A stretch of DNA of 64,000 nucleotides from an uncultured Gemmatimonadales bacterium (lineage in GTDB: Bacteria > Gemmatimonadota > Gemmatimonadetes > Longimicrobiales > RSA9). The position numbers and the translations under genes are program-made. Numbering within the stretch: position 1 is the first letter of the stretch; each line of letters begins with the position of its first letter. Below are positions 14,765 through 25,583 of the stretch, piece by piece. Location: assembly GCA_963798085.1 (NCBI GenBank), contig CAWCRS010000008.1, positions 192,001 to 256,000 on the forward strand, read 5' to 3'. The notes below the pieces were generated by a model, which saw only the letters and a program-made list of their open reading frames with translations, did not search any database and was not told the DNA's origin.

Positions 14765-16693
14765 ATGCCGGCAATCGCGCTGACGGTGCCATCACTGCTG
14801 GCGTACGGCTGCAGCGATGCGCCCACCGAGGTTGCGCAGGCGGTGGAAGACAGCGCGTACCTCGAGCCACGCGACACGCTGATCACCGCGCTCGGCGACA
14901 CGTTTCGTGTGCGCGCCAGCGCCGTGACCGCTGGCAGGGTCGCCGACCGCCGCATCGCGGTCCGTCTGACCTCGCTGGACGAGAGCATTGTCGCCGTCGA
15001 CATCACCGGCGTGGCGGTCGCCCTGCGCAATGGCGAGGCCCGCATCGTGGCCACGCAGCCGCAGGGAATCGACACGGTGCACGTCACGGTGAAGCAGACG
15101 GCAGCACTTCTGCGCATCACGCCTCGCACCGACACACTGCGCGCGCTCGGACCGGCCCCGCTGCGTCGCATTCTGCTCGAGGATGCGCGCGGTAATGCGC
15201 TCGCGGGCGCGGCAGAAGTGACATGGTCGAGCCTCGATCCGTCGATCGTCGGGCTCAGCGCAACCGGCCAGCCCTGGGCGATGGGTCCGGGTACGGCGAG
15301 GATCCGCGCGGCCAGCGGCAGCACCGCGGATACCGCGACGATTGTCGTCCGGCCCGTCGCGGTCTCGCTTACCATTGTTGCGCCCGGCGACACCTTCACG
15401 CCCGGGAGCACGGTCACACTTGCCGCCGCCGCCGCTGATAGCAACGGCTTCCCGGTGGACGGCGGCGCACCCATTGCCTGGAGCTCCTCCTCGCCCGGCA
15501 TTGCCAGCATTGATGGTAGCGGCCTGCTCACCGCGCATCAGCCCGGTGCCGCCACCATTACCGCAACGCAGAGCGGACTGCTGCCCGCCACCCTGAATGT
15601 GGTCGTCGTGGGCGGCATTGTCGCCATCACCGCGGGTGACGAGCACAGCTGTCTGCTGCAGGACGGCGGCGTGGCGTATTGCTGGGGCCTCGGCGACGAC
15701 GGTCAGCTGGGTGATGGCACGACGCAGTCCCGTCCGGAGCCGGCGCGCGTCGCGTCCAACACTGCATTTGCGACGGTCCGTTCGGGCGGCTTCCACACCT
15801 GCGGCCTGAGCGCGGCGGGTGCGCTCCTGTGCTGGGGGCGAGGTGGCAACGGCCAGCTCGGTACCGGCGCGTACGATCCGGTGAGCACGCCCATCCCGGT
15901 CAACGCGGCCCCGCCTCTCACCCTGCTTGCGCCCGGGGAAGCGCATACCTGCGGCCTGACGGCGGCGGGCACCGCCTGGTGCTGGGGCAGCAACACCAGC
16001 GGGCAGCTGGGCATCGCCAGCGCCACCGCGCTTCTTCCACTACCACAGTCCGTGACCGGTAATGTCGTGTTTGCCGACCTGTCGGCCGGCGATGCCCATA
16101 CCTGCGGCCGTACTGCGGCCGGCGCCGTATGGTGCTGGGGCGCCAACAACGCCGGTCAGCTGGGCGTGGCCACTGCACCACAGACCTGCGGTATATCCAA
16201 CTGCAGCCGCGCGCCCGTCCTGGTCAGTGGCAACCATGTGTTTGTGCAGCTGAGCGCGCGCGGCAGTCATGTGTGTGCCCTGACTGCTGCCGGCGAGACC
16301 TGGTGCTGGGGTGACAACGCGTGGGGCGCGCTGGGCGACGGCAGCACGAGTAATCGCAGTGCTCCGGTTGCCGTGAGCGGCGGCCTGGCCTTCACGCAGA
16401 TCACGGCCGGCACCAACCACACCTGCGGCCTGACCGCTGCCGGAGCCGCGTATTGCTGGGGCGACAATGCCGCGGGCCAGCTGGGCGACGGCACGCGCAC
16501 GCAACGGACCGCCCCGGCACCGGTTACGGGCGGGCTGCACTTCCGTGCGCTCAGCGCGGGCAATCATCACAGCTGCGGCCTCACAACCGCGGGTGAAGCG
16601 TGGTGCTGGGGCGCGAACGACCATGGCGAGCTGGGCAATGGCACCTGGGGCAGCGTGCCGGCACCGCTGCGCGTAACCGCCCCGGCGCACTAA
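14765..16693 (+). CDS. Lipoprotein with Ig-like (Big_2) domains and RCC1 repeats
   Basis: Lipobox-like LLAYGC; WSSSSPGIASID Ig motif; ~7 repeats of HTCGLTAAGxAxCWGxNxxGQLG; start uncertain. Confidence 0.85.
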   Translation: MPAIALTVPSLLAYGCSDAPTEVAQAVEDSAYLEPRDTLITALGDTFRVRASAVTAGRVADRRIAVRLTSLDESIVAVDITGVAVALRNGEARIVATQPQGIDTVHVTVKQTAALLRITPRTDTLRALGPAPLRRILLEDARGNALAGAAEVTWSSLDPSIVGLSATGQPWAMGPGTARIRAASGSTADTATIVVRPVAVSLTIVAPGDTFTPGSTVTLAAAAADSNGFPVDGGAPIAWSSSSPGIASIDGSGLLTAHQPGAATITATQSGLLPATLNVVVVGGIVAITAGDEHSCLLQDGGVAYCWGLGDDGQLGDGTTQSRPEPARVASNTAFATVRSGGFHTCGLSAAGALLCWGRGGNGQLGTGAYDPVSTPIPVNAAPPLTLLAPGEAHTCGLTAAGTAWCWGSNTSGQLGIASATALLPLPQSVTGNVVFADLSAGDAHTCGRTAAGAVWCWGANNAGQLGVATAPQTCGISNCSRAPVLVSGNHVFVQLSARGSHVCALTAAGETWCWGDNAWGALGDGSTSNRSAPVAVSGGLAFTQITAGTNHTCGLTAAGAAYCWGDNAAGQLGDGTRTQRTAPAPVTGGLHFRALSAGNHHSCGLTTAGEAWCWGANDHGELGNGTWGSVPAPLRVTAPAH

Positions 16694-16741
16694 CACACGA
16701 TTCTGGGTTGACTGCGACGCCCTGCACGACGCGAGGAATGG

Positions 16742-18332
16742 ATGATGGAAACGGAAACGCGCGCCACCGGATTGCCGCGGCAGGTACGGCCGGGCCTCCG
16801 GCTGGCGTCGCTGCTCTTCATTGTGACCTCGGGGCCATGCACGCTCTGCAACGGGGACAACCTCGTCTCTACGGACGGCGGCACCTACATCCAGGGTACC
16901 GTGCTGGACGCGCGCACCAGCCAGCCGGTCGCGGGCGTGGCCATCAGCAGTGATGATGCCAGTGTGCAGGGCGATACGATCACGGATACCGGCGGCAATT
17001 TCCGGCTGTACTTCAGCGCTGAAGCCGCCGTCGTGTACGTCTATCTCGATCTGCCCCAGGGCTATCGCATCAGCGACGCGGGAGAATACAGAAACGCCTC
17101 GTCGGTGGTCCGGCTGCCCATCAATGTGAGCCTCGTACAGACCGGCAACGGCAACACCCGCTGGATGGGCGTGATGGACACGCATTGCCAGACGCTGGGC
17201 TGCCCCCACGCAACCTTCCTGGTTCAGCCGTACACACCCGCCACGCTGGTGGAGCGCGTGGTCGACCCGCAGGGGCGGGGTGTGCCGGGCATGCAGATCC
17301 AGACCCGGTGTTCGAACTTCGCCTGCCGGGCGCAGGCGGCGGTTACCGACAGCCGCGGCGAAATCGTAATGCTCGATCAGCTGCCCGGCACGCGATTCGC
17401 CAGTTTCATGCCCACGTCCGGCTACCAGCCCGCCCCCGGCTTCATGGCGGATCAGACCCTCGAGCTGCTCGATGCTGCGCAGGACACGTTGCAATGGCAG
17501 GTCGTCACGAACCCCGGGGCCGGTTACATCTCGGGGCAACGTCCGCGACGTCTCGCCACACTTCGACCCGGGCATTGTCGCCGGTGTGACCGTGACCATC
17601 ACCGGACCGGCGGGCAGCGATCCGGTGAGCAATGGGCATGGACAGTACATCTCGAGCCCGCTGCCGTTCGGACAATACACGGTCAGCGCCATGGCGCCGC
17701 CCGGCTATTTCGTCGTCAGCAATCCCACCGTGCAGCTCAATGCCGCACACGATGCACAGCGCGTTGACGTGCAGATCCGCGCGGCCGCTTTCGCCGAGAT
17801 CGATGTGGCCATTGTCGATAACTACAATCTGGGCATTCGGGGTGCGCTCGTTGACCTCGCCGGACCGTCCGCCAGCGGCGTCAGCACGGATGCGCAGGGC
17901 AACATCAGGTTCACGGACCTCTATGCGGGGATGTACACGGCCACACTCCGCATGCCCGCCGGCTATACGTTCCTGCGTCCCGATCTGCTGGCCAAGTCCG
18001 TCGTCGCGCTGGACGGTGTCGCCAGTCGCGTGACCTGGCAGCTCATCGGCAACGGCACCGCGTCCGGGTCCGTCATCGACGAATACGGACAGGGCGTGCC
18101 GGGCGCCGGCATCAGGCTCGATGCCACCGCGGTCAGCCACGGCACCAGCTTTGTTCTCACGCGTACCGACGGCAGCTGGTCATTCAGCGGCCTGCCGCCC
18201 GCAGGGTACCGCGTGACCCTGGCGCCACCGCAGGGCTGGTCACTGACCGGGCAGCAGGGAACCGACATTGCCTTCACCGTTCACGCCGGCGAACACGTGC
18301 AGATCGACACCTGGCAGCTGCGCGAGAATTGA
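16742..18332 (+). CDS. Secreted protein with repeated carboxypeptidase-regulatory/SdrD-B-like domains; frameshift ~17533
   Basis: GTVLDARTSQPVAGV, TDAQGNIRFTDLYAGMY, TRTDGSWSFSGLPPAGYRV; the two ORFs join if one G is removed in a G run. Confidence 0.7.
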
Positions 18333-19915
18333 AGCCTTCTAACGGACTATTTCAGACGACCGGCGACACACCGCTCCGGCCCCGACCGCCTGCCACGCCG
18401 CGCTGCAGGCGCTCGACAGGGACGCCCAGCCGCTGGCGTGCCAGGCCTTTCCTGAGCCTGCTGCTGCTGGTAACGGGCTGCAAGAATGCCGGGATGTCAG
18501 GACCGAACTCACAGAACGTCACGGGCCCGTTCGACTGGACTTTTGTCTTTGACTACGGGCCGCCGGCGCGCGCGCGTTTCTATGCCAACGCGCAGGTGGA
18601 TCGGTCGGATAATCCGGACATTGATCCGAACTGTCCGCGCACGACGGTCACCACGCTGCTGGGCGACGCCCAGATTCTGACGTCGCGTGTTACGCCGGAG
18701 CCACTGCACGCACGGATCGAGGGATCGTTCAAGACGGGCGTCTGCACGAACATGTCGATCACGTTTCTGGTCGACGGCGGCGGCACCATCACATTGACGG
18801 GCCCGCTGCGGCAGGACGAACTCTGGATCCACGACGATTCGGCGGGCACTGTGTTCGCCGTGTGGGATCCCGCCGTGCAGGATGTCGTCAATGCCTACGG
18901 CTCTCACCCCGGCGGCGATGCCGCCAATCTGTTCTCGGGTCGATGGGTGACCAATAATCAGGCAATCGGCGGCTTCTTCCACGTGCGCGACAGACTGTTC
19001 TCCTACCATCCTGACACGTGGCTGCGGTTCAGCGTCGACAACCGCACCAGCATGCAGTTCGACAGTGCGCACCTCGCCGTACTCGGGCATGCGCGGCTGT
19101 ATGACACAACCCCAGCCTTCAACAACCTGCCCGGCAACTTCGAGGTGCACGGTGGCCTGCGGCGCGTGGACAGCGCGCAGGCGGTCCTCGGCGGGACGGC
19201 CAAAGGCCCGCTGCCGTACCAGTTCGATTTCTACAGGAATGGGCAGATCCAGTCATCCGCACGCTGCACCATTTCCGCCGAAACTCCCGACTCGGTGGTG
19301 GTGCGTGTGCTGACGACCGGACCATTCGGCGCCGTGTGCGACCGCTGGCAACCAGCGACCACCACGCCGCGCACTGTGTTCTTCGATGACTTCAACAGTG
19401 GCGACACCTCGCTCTGGTCGGCGACGGAGATCATCACGCCGCAAGCGATTCCTTCCATTTCACAGGGCTGGTACAATCCCATCGTGGGCGGCAATCCGGG
19501 TGGATTCCGCCGCATGGTGCACCACTTTACGGCTGCCACGGCGCCCGATTTCTACACGATCGCCGTCTATCACCTGTTCAACGCGGCTTACAATCCCGCG
19601 ACCGACGGCTCCCTCCAGAGCATCGTGTACACCGAGGACCGCAGGCGCATCAGCGCGAACGGCGATGTGGGTACGGCCGCGCTCATCTATCAGGGTAACG
19701 TCTACCACGTGGCGCTGCTCAGTAACGGGGTGTTCAACAACCCGGACTGGCAGACGCTCACCGTCACGCTGCACGCCAGCGACTTCCTGCCACCCGTGGA
19801 CTTCTCAGCCGGCGGCGGGCCCATGAAGTTCGGCTACGTCCGCTCCAACTCCTCGCGTTTTCCCATCGATATCGAGCACGGCATCGACAACTGGGGCGTG
19901 CGCGTCGTGCGTTGA
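18329..19915 (+). CDS. Hypothetical lipoprotein, C-terminal beta-sandwich
   Basis: LLLLVTGC lipobox; FFDDFNSG...IDNWGV jelly-roll-like end; start uncertain. Confidence 0.65.
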   Translation: MKPSNGLFQTTGDTPLRPRPPATPRCRRSTGTPSRWRARPFLSLLLLVTGCKNAGMSGPNSQNVTGPFDWTFVFDYGPPARARFYANAQVDRSDNPDIDPNCPRTTVTTLLGDAQILTSRVTPEPLHARIEGSFKTGVCTNMSITFLVDGGGTITLTGPLRQDELWIHDDSAGTVFAVWDPAVQDVVNAYGSHPGGDAANLFSGRWVTNNQAIGGFFHVRDRLFSYHPDTWLRFSVDNRTSMQFDSAHLAVLGHARLYDTTPAFNNLPGNFEVHGGLRRVDSAQAVLGGTAKGPLPYQFDFYRNGQIQSSARCTISAETPDSVVVRVLTTGPFGAVCDRWQPATTTPRTVFFDDFNSGDTSLWSATEIITPQAIPSISQGWYNPIVGGNPGGFRRMVHHFTAATAPDFYTIAVYHLFNAAYNPATDGSLQSIVYTEDRRRISANGDVGTAALIYQGNVYHVALLSNGVFNNPDWQTLTVTLHASDFLPPVDFSAGGGPMKFGYVRSNSSRFPIDIEHGIDNWGVRVVR

Positions 19916-19966
19916 GAAACCGATCTGCGTCGGCAAAGTCCGGTCGAGTCTGCCCTGCACTGCCGA

Positions 19967-22840
19967 TCATCCGCTCGCACGCGCGCGCCGCCGCCGAAGC
20001 CCGAGGCCCATGAGCACGACGAGCAGCAGCGCCAATGGCACCAGCAAGGGCAGGGGCGAGAATGGCGCACGCAGGTTCAGCGTGACCAGCGGATCGCCGA
20101 CCAGCGTGAACGCGGCCCATTCGTGCGGAGCCGCACCACGCCGGATGGCACGCAGCTGTGCGCCGCGCAGGGCATCGGCCACATTGCTGTGTCTGGCCAG
20201 TCCACGGTACACGTCCTCGACGAAGCGTGCGGCCGCGGCATCACCCACCGCCCACTGACTGGCCAGCACTGCACGGGCGCCGGCCGCGAGCAGCGGTGCC
20301 GTCAGACCCTGCACCCCCTCGCCGCGCACGATGGCGCCGCCCGCCGTGCGACAGCCGGACAGCACCACCAGATCCGCCGCCAGCTGCAGACCGGCCAGCT
20401 CCGCGGGCGTGACAAACCCGTCGTTAGAAGAGTCCGGCGCCAGCACCAGGGCCGTGCGCTCCGCACTGCGATCATCGACCTGTGCGTGCGTCGCGAAGTG
20501 CAGCACGGCGAACTGCGCAGCCTGCTGGTCCAGCGCGGACTCCGAAGCGGCCGAGCCGGTACGCACATCGGACCGCGGGAAGTAGCGCGCCACGGCCCGC
20601 ACCTCGTCGCGCGACGCGGGCAGCCGCGCGAGGCCCGCCGATTCCGCGAACATGCGGGGCACACCCACGGAATCGGGCATGCGGCCGGGCGAGGGATCGG
20701 TGGGATCACCGAACGCGAGCAGGGAGGGCGGCTGCGACGCGTTGCGGCTCGCCAGCAGTGCGCTGGCCAGCGCTGCCGAGGGCGCGAGCGCGATGGCGTA
20801 ACGCTCGATCAGGTAGTGGCCATCTCGGTCCAGCAGCGCAGCGAACGGCAGACGATGAAGTACGTCGTCAGGAATCAGAATCAGCCGCGTCACACCGGAA
20901 GGCAGTGTGGCCAGCGCCGTATCCAGCAACGCGCGTCCCAGCTCCCGTGCCGGCGCGCGCAGTGCAGTCGAATTATCCAGCAGCGCGAGCAGCGCATCGA
21001 TGCGCGGGGCCAGTGAGTCGATCGCTGGCAGTGTGAATGCGCTTGCGCTCGAGCGTGTGACGAGGAAGAGCGTCGTCGCTTCACCACCGCGACCGGTCAC
21101 GTATTCCAGCAATGCGGTGGCATCGTCCAGGGACTGCTGCACGGAGTTGAGCGTGGTCCGGCTCTCGGGAATGCGCGCGTGCGCGGCGGTGCTGGTGTCG
21201 CCACGCATGCGGCCCGCGCGGTAGCGGTCGTACAACGCGCGCGCCCGCCGCTGCTCGGCGTAACGGAAAGCCGCACTGATGCGGCCCGCGGCAACGAAGC
21301 GCTCGAGGATGGTCGCGAAACCGAGATCCGGATCGGCCGGACTGTACCCCATCTGATAGGAGAGCAGGCGCAGGTCGGCGTCGTGCAGCGTGCCGCGCCA
21401 CTGGTCCAGCCGGTCCGCCGCTTCCCGCAGCGCCCCATCCGCGCCATCGAGATCACCCGACCTCGCCAGCAGCTCCGCACGCATGATCTCGAGCTGGTAG
21501 TGACGCACCGGCTGTTCCGGACGGTTGAATGCGGAATCGAGCGCGCTCCCCGCCCCCGCGAGATCACCGGAGCGCATGAGTGCGATCGCGAATTCGGGCG
21601 TGAGCGCTGCGCCATCGCCCGCGGAGCCGGTGGCGCGCGCGACCGCACGCGCGGAATCGAGATAGGCGAGCGCCGCGGCCGGCCGGTTCTCGCGCAGCAG
21701 CAGGTCCGCCCAGCGGCGATACTGCCGCAGACGGAAGGATGGGTCCTCCGCTGTCCGGCCCCGGGCTTCCAGTTCGGTCAGCCGCGCACGCACATCGGCC
21801 AGCGCGCCGATCTGCAGTGCAACGACCGCCAGATTCTCGTCCGCATTGAGCACGCGCGCGTCATCGCCGATCGCCTCGAACAGCGCGCGCGCTCTCTCCG
21901 ACTCCTCCTGCGCAGCCGCAATGTCGAACGTGGCGATGGCATCCCAGCCGAGCGCCAGGCGCGTCATGGCCAGCGCCCAGTCATTGCCGGACGCAGCAGC
22001 CTCGCGCAGCGCCTCCGTCAGATAACGCCGTGCAAGGGTGTGGTTGTCCACCGAGGTGAGGATGCTGCCACCCAGCTGCAGCGCCACAGCCAGTGCGGCG
22101 CGGTCGTGCGCGGCTCGTGAGAGGGCGACGGCGCGCAGAATGCTCTGGCCCGCGGCGGGCACGTTGCCGGCGGCGAAGTCGAGATTCGCGAGCGCCAGCA
22201 GACAGCGTGACTCGACACGCGGCTCCGCCATGGCGCGGGCCAGTTGTGCTCCCCGTGTCGCGTCCGCACGTGCCTGCTCGCGATGCGCCGTCCTCGCGCT
22301 CGAGTAGGAGGCCCGTGCGCAGAGGACGCGCGCGCGCAGTCCGGGATCGCCGCCCAGCGAGCGTCGCGCGAGCCGCTCGAACAGCGTGTCAGCCGAGCGC
22401 GCATCGGCGCCGAACCGCGCTGCCGCCACACCCAGCAGCGCCTCGGTCTCGCCGGCATCGTCGTGCAGCACCCGCGCCGTCGTCATGGCCGCGAGCGCGC
22501 GGTCCGCGGCATTGCGCCAGCGCGCGCGCACCAGCAGCGCCTCGGTCTGACCCAGCAGTGCCCACACCGTCCACGGGTCGACCGCGCCGCTCTCCGTGGT
22601 CAGGCGGGCGTACAGCGCTTCGGCGGCGGTGTAGTCGTAGCGAAGACGGGCCAGTGAGGCGAGGCCTAACACGGCAGCACGATCGGCGGAATCGCGCGCC
22701 AGCGCGGCATGCCAGCGCGCCTCGAGCGGCGCAACGCTGTCCGCCTCCACCGCGTGCAGCGCCTGCCGCACCACAGCCCGAGGGTCCGCCGGGCCCGCCT
22801 GCGCCAGCAGCCAGCCTGCGACCAGAAACGCGATCGGCAT
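19967..22840 (-). CDS. TPR-CHAT (caspase-like) protease with N-terminal signal-like segment and C-terminal membrane anchor
   Basis: VLHFATHA (His) and LVVLSGCRT (Cys) dyad, HEWAAFTLVG end motif, TPR-like helices, PLALLLVVLMGLGLRRRR tail. Confidence 0.9.
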   Translation of the reverse strand: MPIAFLVAGWLLAQAGPADPRAVVRQALHAVEADSVAPLEARWHAALARDSADRAAVLGLASLARLRYDYTAAEALYARLTTESGAVDPWTVWALLGQTEALLVRARWRNAADRALAAMTTARVLHDDAGETEALLGVAAARFGADARSADTLFERLARRSLGGDPGLRARVLCARASYSSARTAHREQARADATRGAQLARAMAEPRVESRCLLALANLDFAAGNVPAAGQSILRAVALSRAAHDRAALAVALQLGGSILTSVDNHTLARRYLTEALREAAASGNDWALAMTRLALGWDAIATFDIAAAQEESERARALFEAIGDDARVLNADENLAVVALQIGALADVRARLTELEARGRTAEDPSFRLRQYRRWADLLLRENRPAAALAYLDSARAVARATGSAGDGAALTPEFAIALMRSGDLAGAGSALDSAFNRPEQPVRHYQLEIMRAELLARSGDLDGADGALREAADRLDQWRGTLHDADLRLLSYQMGYSPADPDLGFATILERFVAAGRISAAFRYAEQRRARALYDRYRAGRMRGDTSTAAHARIPESRTTLNSVQQSLDDATALLEYVTGRGGEATTLFLVTRSSASAFTLPAIDSLAPRIDALLALLDNSTALRAPARELGRALLDTALATLPSGVTRLILIPDDVLHRLPFAALLDRDGHYLIERYAIALAPSAALASALLASRNASQPPSLLAFGDPTDPSPGRMPDSVGVPRMFAESAGLARLPASRDEVRAVARYFPRSDVRTGSAASESALDQQAAQFAVLHFATHAQVDDRSAERTALVLAPDSSNDGFVTPAELAGLQLAADLVVLSGCRTAGGAIVRGEGVQGLTAPLLAAGARAVLASQWAVGDAAAARFVEDVYRGLARHSNVADALRGAQLRAIRRGAAPHEWAAFTLVGDPLVTLNLRAPFSPLPLLVPLALLLVVLMGLGLRRRRARASG

Positions 22841-22963
22841 GCAGGAGGTTACGCACGCCGCCGCGAAAGGCAACTATCCGGACCATGGGTGGACCATCCG
22901 CAGCGCGCCTGGCAGCCGTCGCTGACCGGTGGGTTCCCGGGCGATGCGGCCAGCGGACTGCGG

Positions 22964-23639
22964 TCAGGGCGTCCTGACGCGGAAGTTGCGCACGGGGGAA
23001 CGGATCTCCGCGCCGGTCTTCGTGAGTGCGCTCACGAACCAGTTGTAGGCGACGTCGCCGCCCAGCCCTTGCGTCGCGCCCACGGTCAACGCCGTGTCCG
23101 TCGTCGCGGTGGCAAAGGCGCGCGTTCCGCCGGCCGCGAGTACCGTGACCCGATACTCGAGGGCGCCCGGCAGCGCGTGCCACACCAGCTGCACGGGGAG
23201 CGCAACCGTCGCGCCCGCCGCCGGACCCACGATCGCCATGGTTGCGGTGGCGCCGCGCAGCGTGTCGGACGCAGTGCCGCTGGCGCCGCACCAGCTCGGT
23301 CGTGATGCCGAGCACGACGAGTGCCGCCAGCGCGAGGGCGGGCCGGCGCCAGGAAGAGAAGCGTCGCCTGCCCGAAGCAGAAAGGACTTCCATGAAGCCC
23401 GACCTGCGCTCCGCCTGGCCCGCCCGCGCAATGCCATCGGCCAGCAGGAATTCGTGGTGGCACTCCGGGCAGGCCATGACGTGATCGAGTGTGGCGAGCC
23501 GCGCGTCTTCACCAACCGTGCGTTCGACCAGTGCCACGATCGCTTCGGGCGCCACGCAGCCGGCGCGCGTGGCCGGCCTCACACTAACGGCGTGGTAGGC
23601 CGCACGCAGCCGTGCGTCGGACACGTTCGGCTCGCTCAT
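22964..23639 (-). CDS. ZAS-type transmembrane anti-sigma factor; frameshift ~23280
   Basis: LDHVMACPEC (HxxxCxxC), TM helix LALAALVVLGI, then DTLRG and a beta-rich domain; overlaps the sigma stop codon. Confidence 0.8.
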
Positions 23640-24186
23640 CCCGCAACTCCCGGACCGATACCCATGCGTTGCAGTTCCTCCCTCAGTTCGGCCAGCCCGC
23701 GATAGAGCAGGTTGCGGGTCTTCGCTTCCGTCCAGCCCATGAGCCGCGCGATCTCCTGCCGGTCATGCCCGCGCAGGTACATGCGCACCACCGGTCGCCT
23801 GGTGTCGTGAATCCTGGCAATGGCGCCGTCGATCACACGCTCCAGTTCCTTCTGCTCCAGCTCGCTCTCAGGCGAGGCCGCCGCTGCAGGCGGGTCCGCC
23901 ACGCGCTCGCCCGGCTGCGACGCGACGCCTTCAGCGAAGCGCGCCCGCCGCCGCCGCATGAAGTCGATCGCGGCACTCATGGCTGTCCGGTATATGTAAG
24001 ACGCAGGCGAGGCTTCGATCTGCTCACCCCCGTGCTTCGCGTGCCACAGCCGGATACGCACTTCCTGAACAGCTCGTCGACATCGTCCCCGGCCAGTCCG
24101 TGCTGCGCCGCGACATGCCCGAGCAGCCGGGCATACCGGTCGAGCACAGCCTCCAGCGCTGCCGAGAGACGGTCGGGTGAGGTCAT
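23636..24186 (-). CDS. ECF RNA polymerase sigma factor; frameshift ~24066
   Basis: DVDELF/QEVRIRLW, YIYRTAMSAAIDFMRR (region 2); EIARLMGWTEAKTRNLLYRG (region 4). Confidence 0.85.
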
Positions 24187-24322
24187 GCGTCACGGTCGCA
24201 CGCAGGGAGCCAGCGAACAAGTCCGCTGGCGGGTCAGCAGTCCGTTCTGTGCAGGAGTACGTGAGGAGGTCCAGCCCCGGGAACGCCAGCCGAACACGCG
24301 TGGAGACAGCCGCGAATGGCAT

Positions 24323-24676
24323 TCACGGCAGGTCGTCCAATGATTTCAGGACGGCAGCGGGAAACGATCCGGCCGGCGCACTTTCCAGCAGAACCCGTTC
24401 GAATCGCCGGAACGCATCGCTGCGCGCGACACGATCGGATCGGACCCGGCGTGTCACGACGCCGCCGAAGGCAGCGTACTCGACATCGTCAGCCGTGAGT
24501 GTGCATCCGCGGTAGCCGAGCGGCGGCGCAGCGGGTGGCGACCCGTGGAACGCATCCAGCGTCTGCCAGATCGCCTCGAGATCGCGCACGACACTCGCGT
24601 CGACATTCCACGCGGGATCCGGTCTGCCGGAAAAGACGCTTGCGCCCGCTCGTCCGCTGCGCCCGCGTTCAGCCAA
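24323..24676 (-). CDS. Small protein homologous to the N-terminal domain of the upstream Cys enzyme
   Basis: VFSGRPDP and PPLGYRG motifs shared with 24669..25583; TTG start overlaps the upstream stop. Confidence 0.65.
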   Translation of the reverse strand: MAERGRSGRAGASVFSGRPDPAWNVDASVVRDLEAIWQTLDAFHGSPPAAPPLGYRGCTLTADDVEYAAFGGVVTRRVRSDRVARSDAFRRFERVLLESAPAGSFPAAVLKSLDDLP

Positions 24677-25583
24677 TCTTGATGTGCCCGTGCATGACGA
24701 TCATGAACGTGCAGAAATCGGTGTACCAGCCGCGGTCTGCGGTCCTGGGATCGGAGATCGTGTTGCCGGAGTTGTCCACGTTGGTGACTGCAGTGCCGCC
24801 CGGCTTGTGCGTCCACATGCCGTCGCGGCCCTTGCGATACCAGTGGAAATCCCATCCGGGCCCCACGACCAGGGCAACGAGGTGGCCTTCCTCGGGGCAC
24901 TTGTTGTCTGCGCCCGGACTGTCGATGAGCTGATCGCGAATGGCGGCCGCCCTGACTTCGGGGCAGGTGATGCTGTGGTACTGGTCGCCGGCCGCACGCC
25001 CGGGTTGTGCGAACGTGTCCGTCCGATAATTGGTGCCGTAGTTGTAGCAGTTGTTGTGAGGTTGCCGCGCCGGCACGTTCCACCACCCGGGCTCGTACAG
25101 CGGCGCGCACTTGCATCGGTTCCTGTGCTTGTGCCGGCATTTCGCCGGCGGGTCGCAGTGGCGCTCGTCCCAGTGGTAGGTGCGCCAGTGGTCCGCCAGC
25201 TTGCGGAACTCGCCGACCGCTTCCGTCAGTCGCTCAGCGGGCAGGTCTCCGCGTACGCTGCCCGTGACGAATTCCTCGAACCCGTCGTCCGCGATCCGGC
25301 TGGCGGACTCCGGTCCCAGCGCGAAACCGTCGGCGACGCGAAACGCGCGTGGCAATCCGGGGATCGGCATGCCGAACTGCTCGACCAGAAGTCCACGATA
25401 TCCCAGCGTCGGCACGGGTGGTAATGCGACGTCGCTCCTGCCGCGGCTTTCGACCGGCGTCAGACGTTCGACGATGCCACCGAGTTGCGCACCGCTGAAC
25501 TCGACCACCGGATTCTCCCTGCCGCTGAAGACGTCGATCGTGATCCGCAGCCGGTCCGCTGCCTTCCGTCGTGCTTGTGCCAT
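24669..25583 (-). CDS. Putative papain-like/transglutaminase-like cysteine enzyme with N-terminal pro-like domain
   Basis: NNCYNYGTN, DFHWYRK, WTHKPG motifs; strong GGAGGAAGG RBS before ATG at 25583. Confidence 0.65.
   Translation of the reverse strand: MAQARRKAADRLRITIDVFSGRENPVVEFSGAQLGGIVERLTPVESRGRSDVALPPVPTLGYRGLLVEQFGMPIPGLPRAFRVADGFALGPESASRIADDGFEEFVTGSVRGDLPAERLTEAVGEFRKLADHWRTYHWDERHCDPPAKCRHKHRNRCKCAPLYEPGWWNVPARQPHNNCYNYGTNYRTDTFAQPGRAAGDQYHSITCPEVRAAAIRDQLIDSPGADNKCPEEGHLVALVVGPGWDFHWYRKGRDGMWTHKPGGTAVTNVDNSGNTISDPRTADRGWYTDFCTFMIVMHGHIKIG

Noticed and set aside
15620..16680. Repeated TGCTGGGG...CAGCTGGGC DNA motifs
   Set aside because: Explained by RCC1 protein repeats
19967..22840. 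CHAT protease as part of a CRISPR type III-E system
   Set aside because: No cas genes or array in the window; the protein looks exported and membrane-anchored
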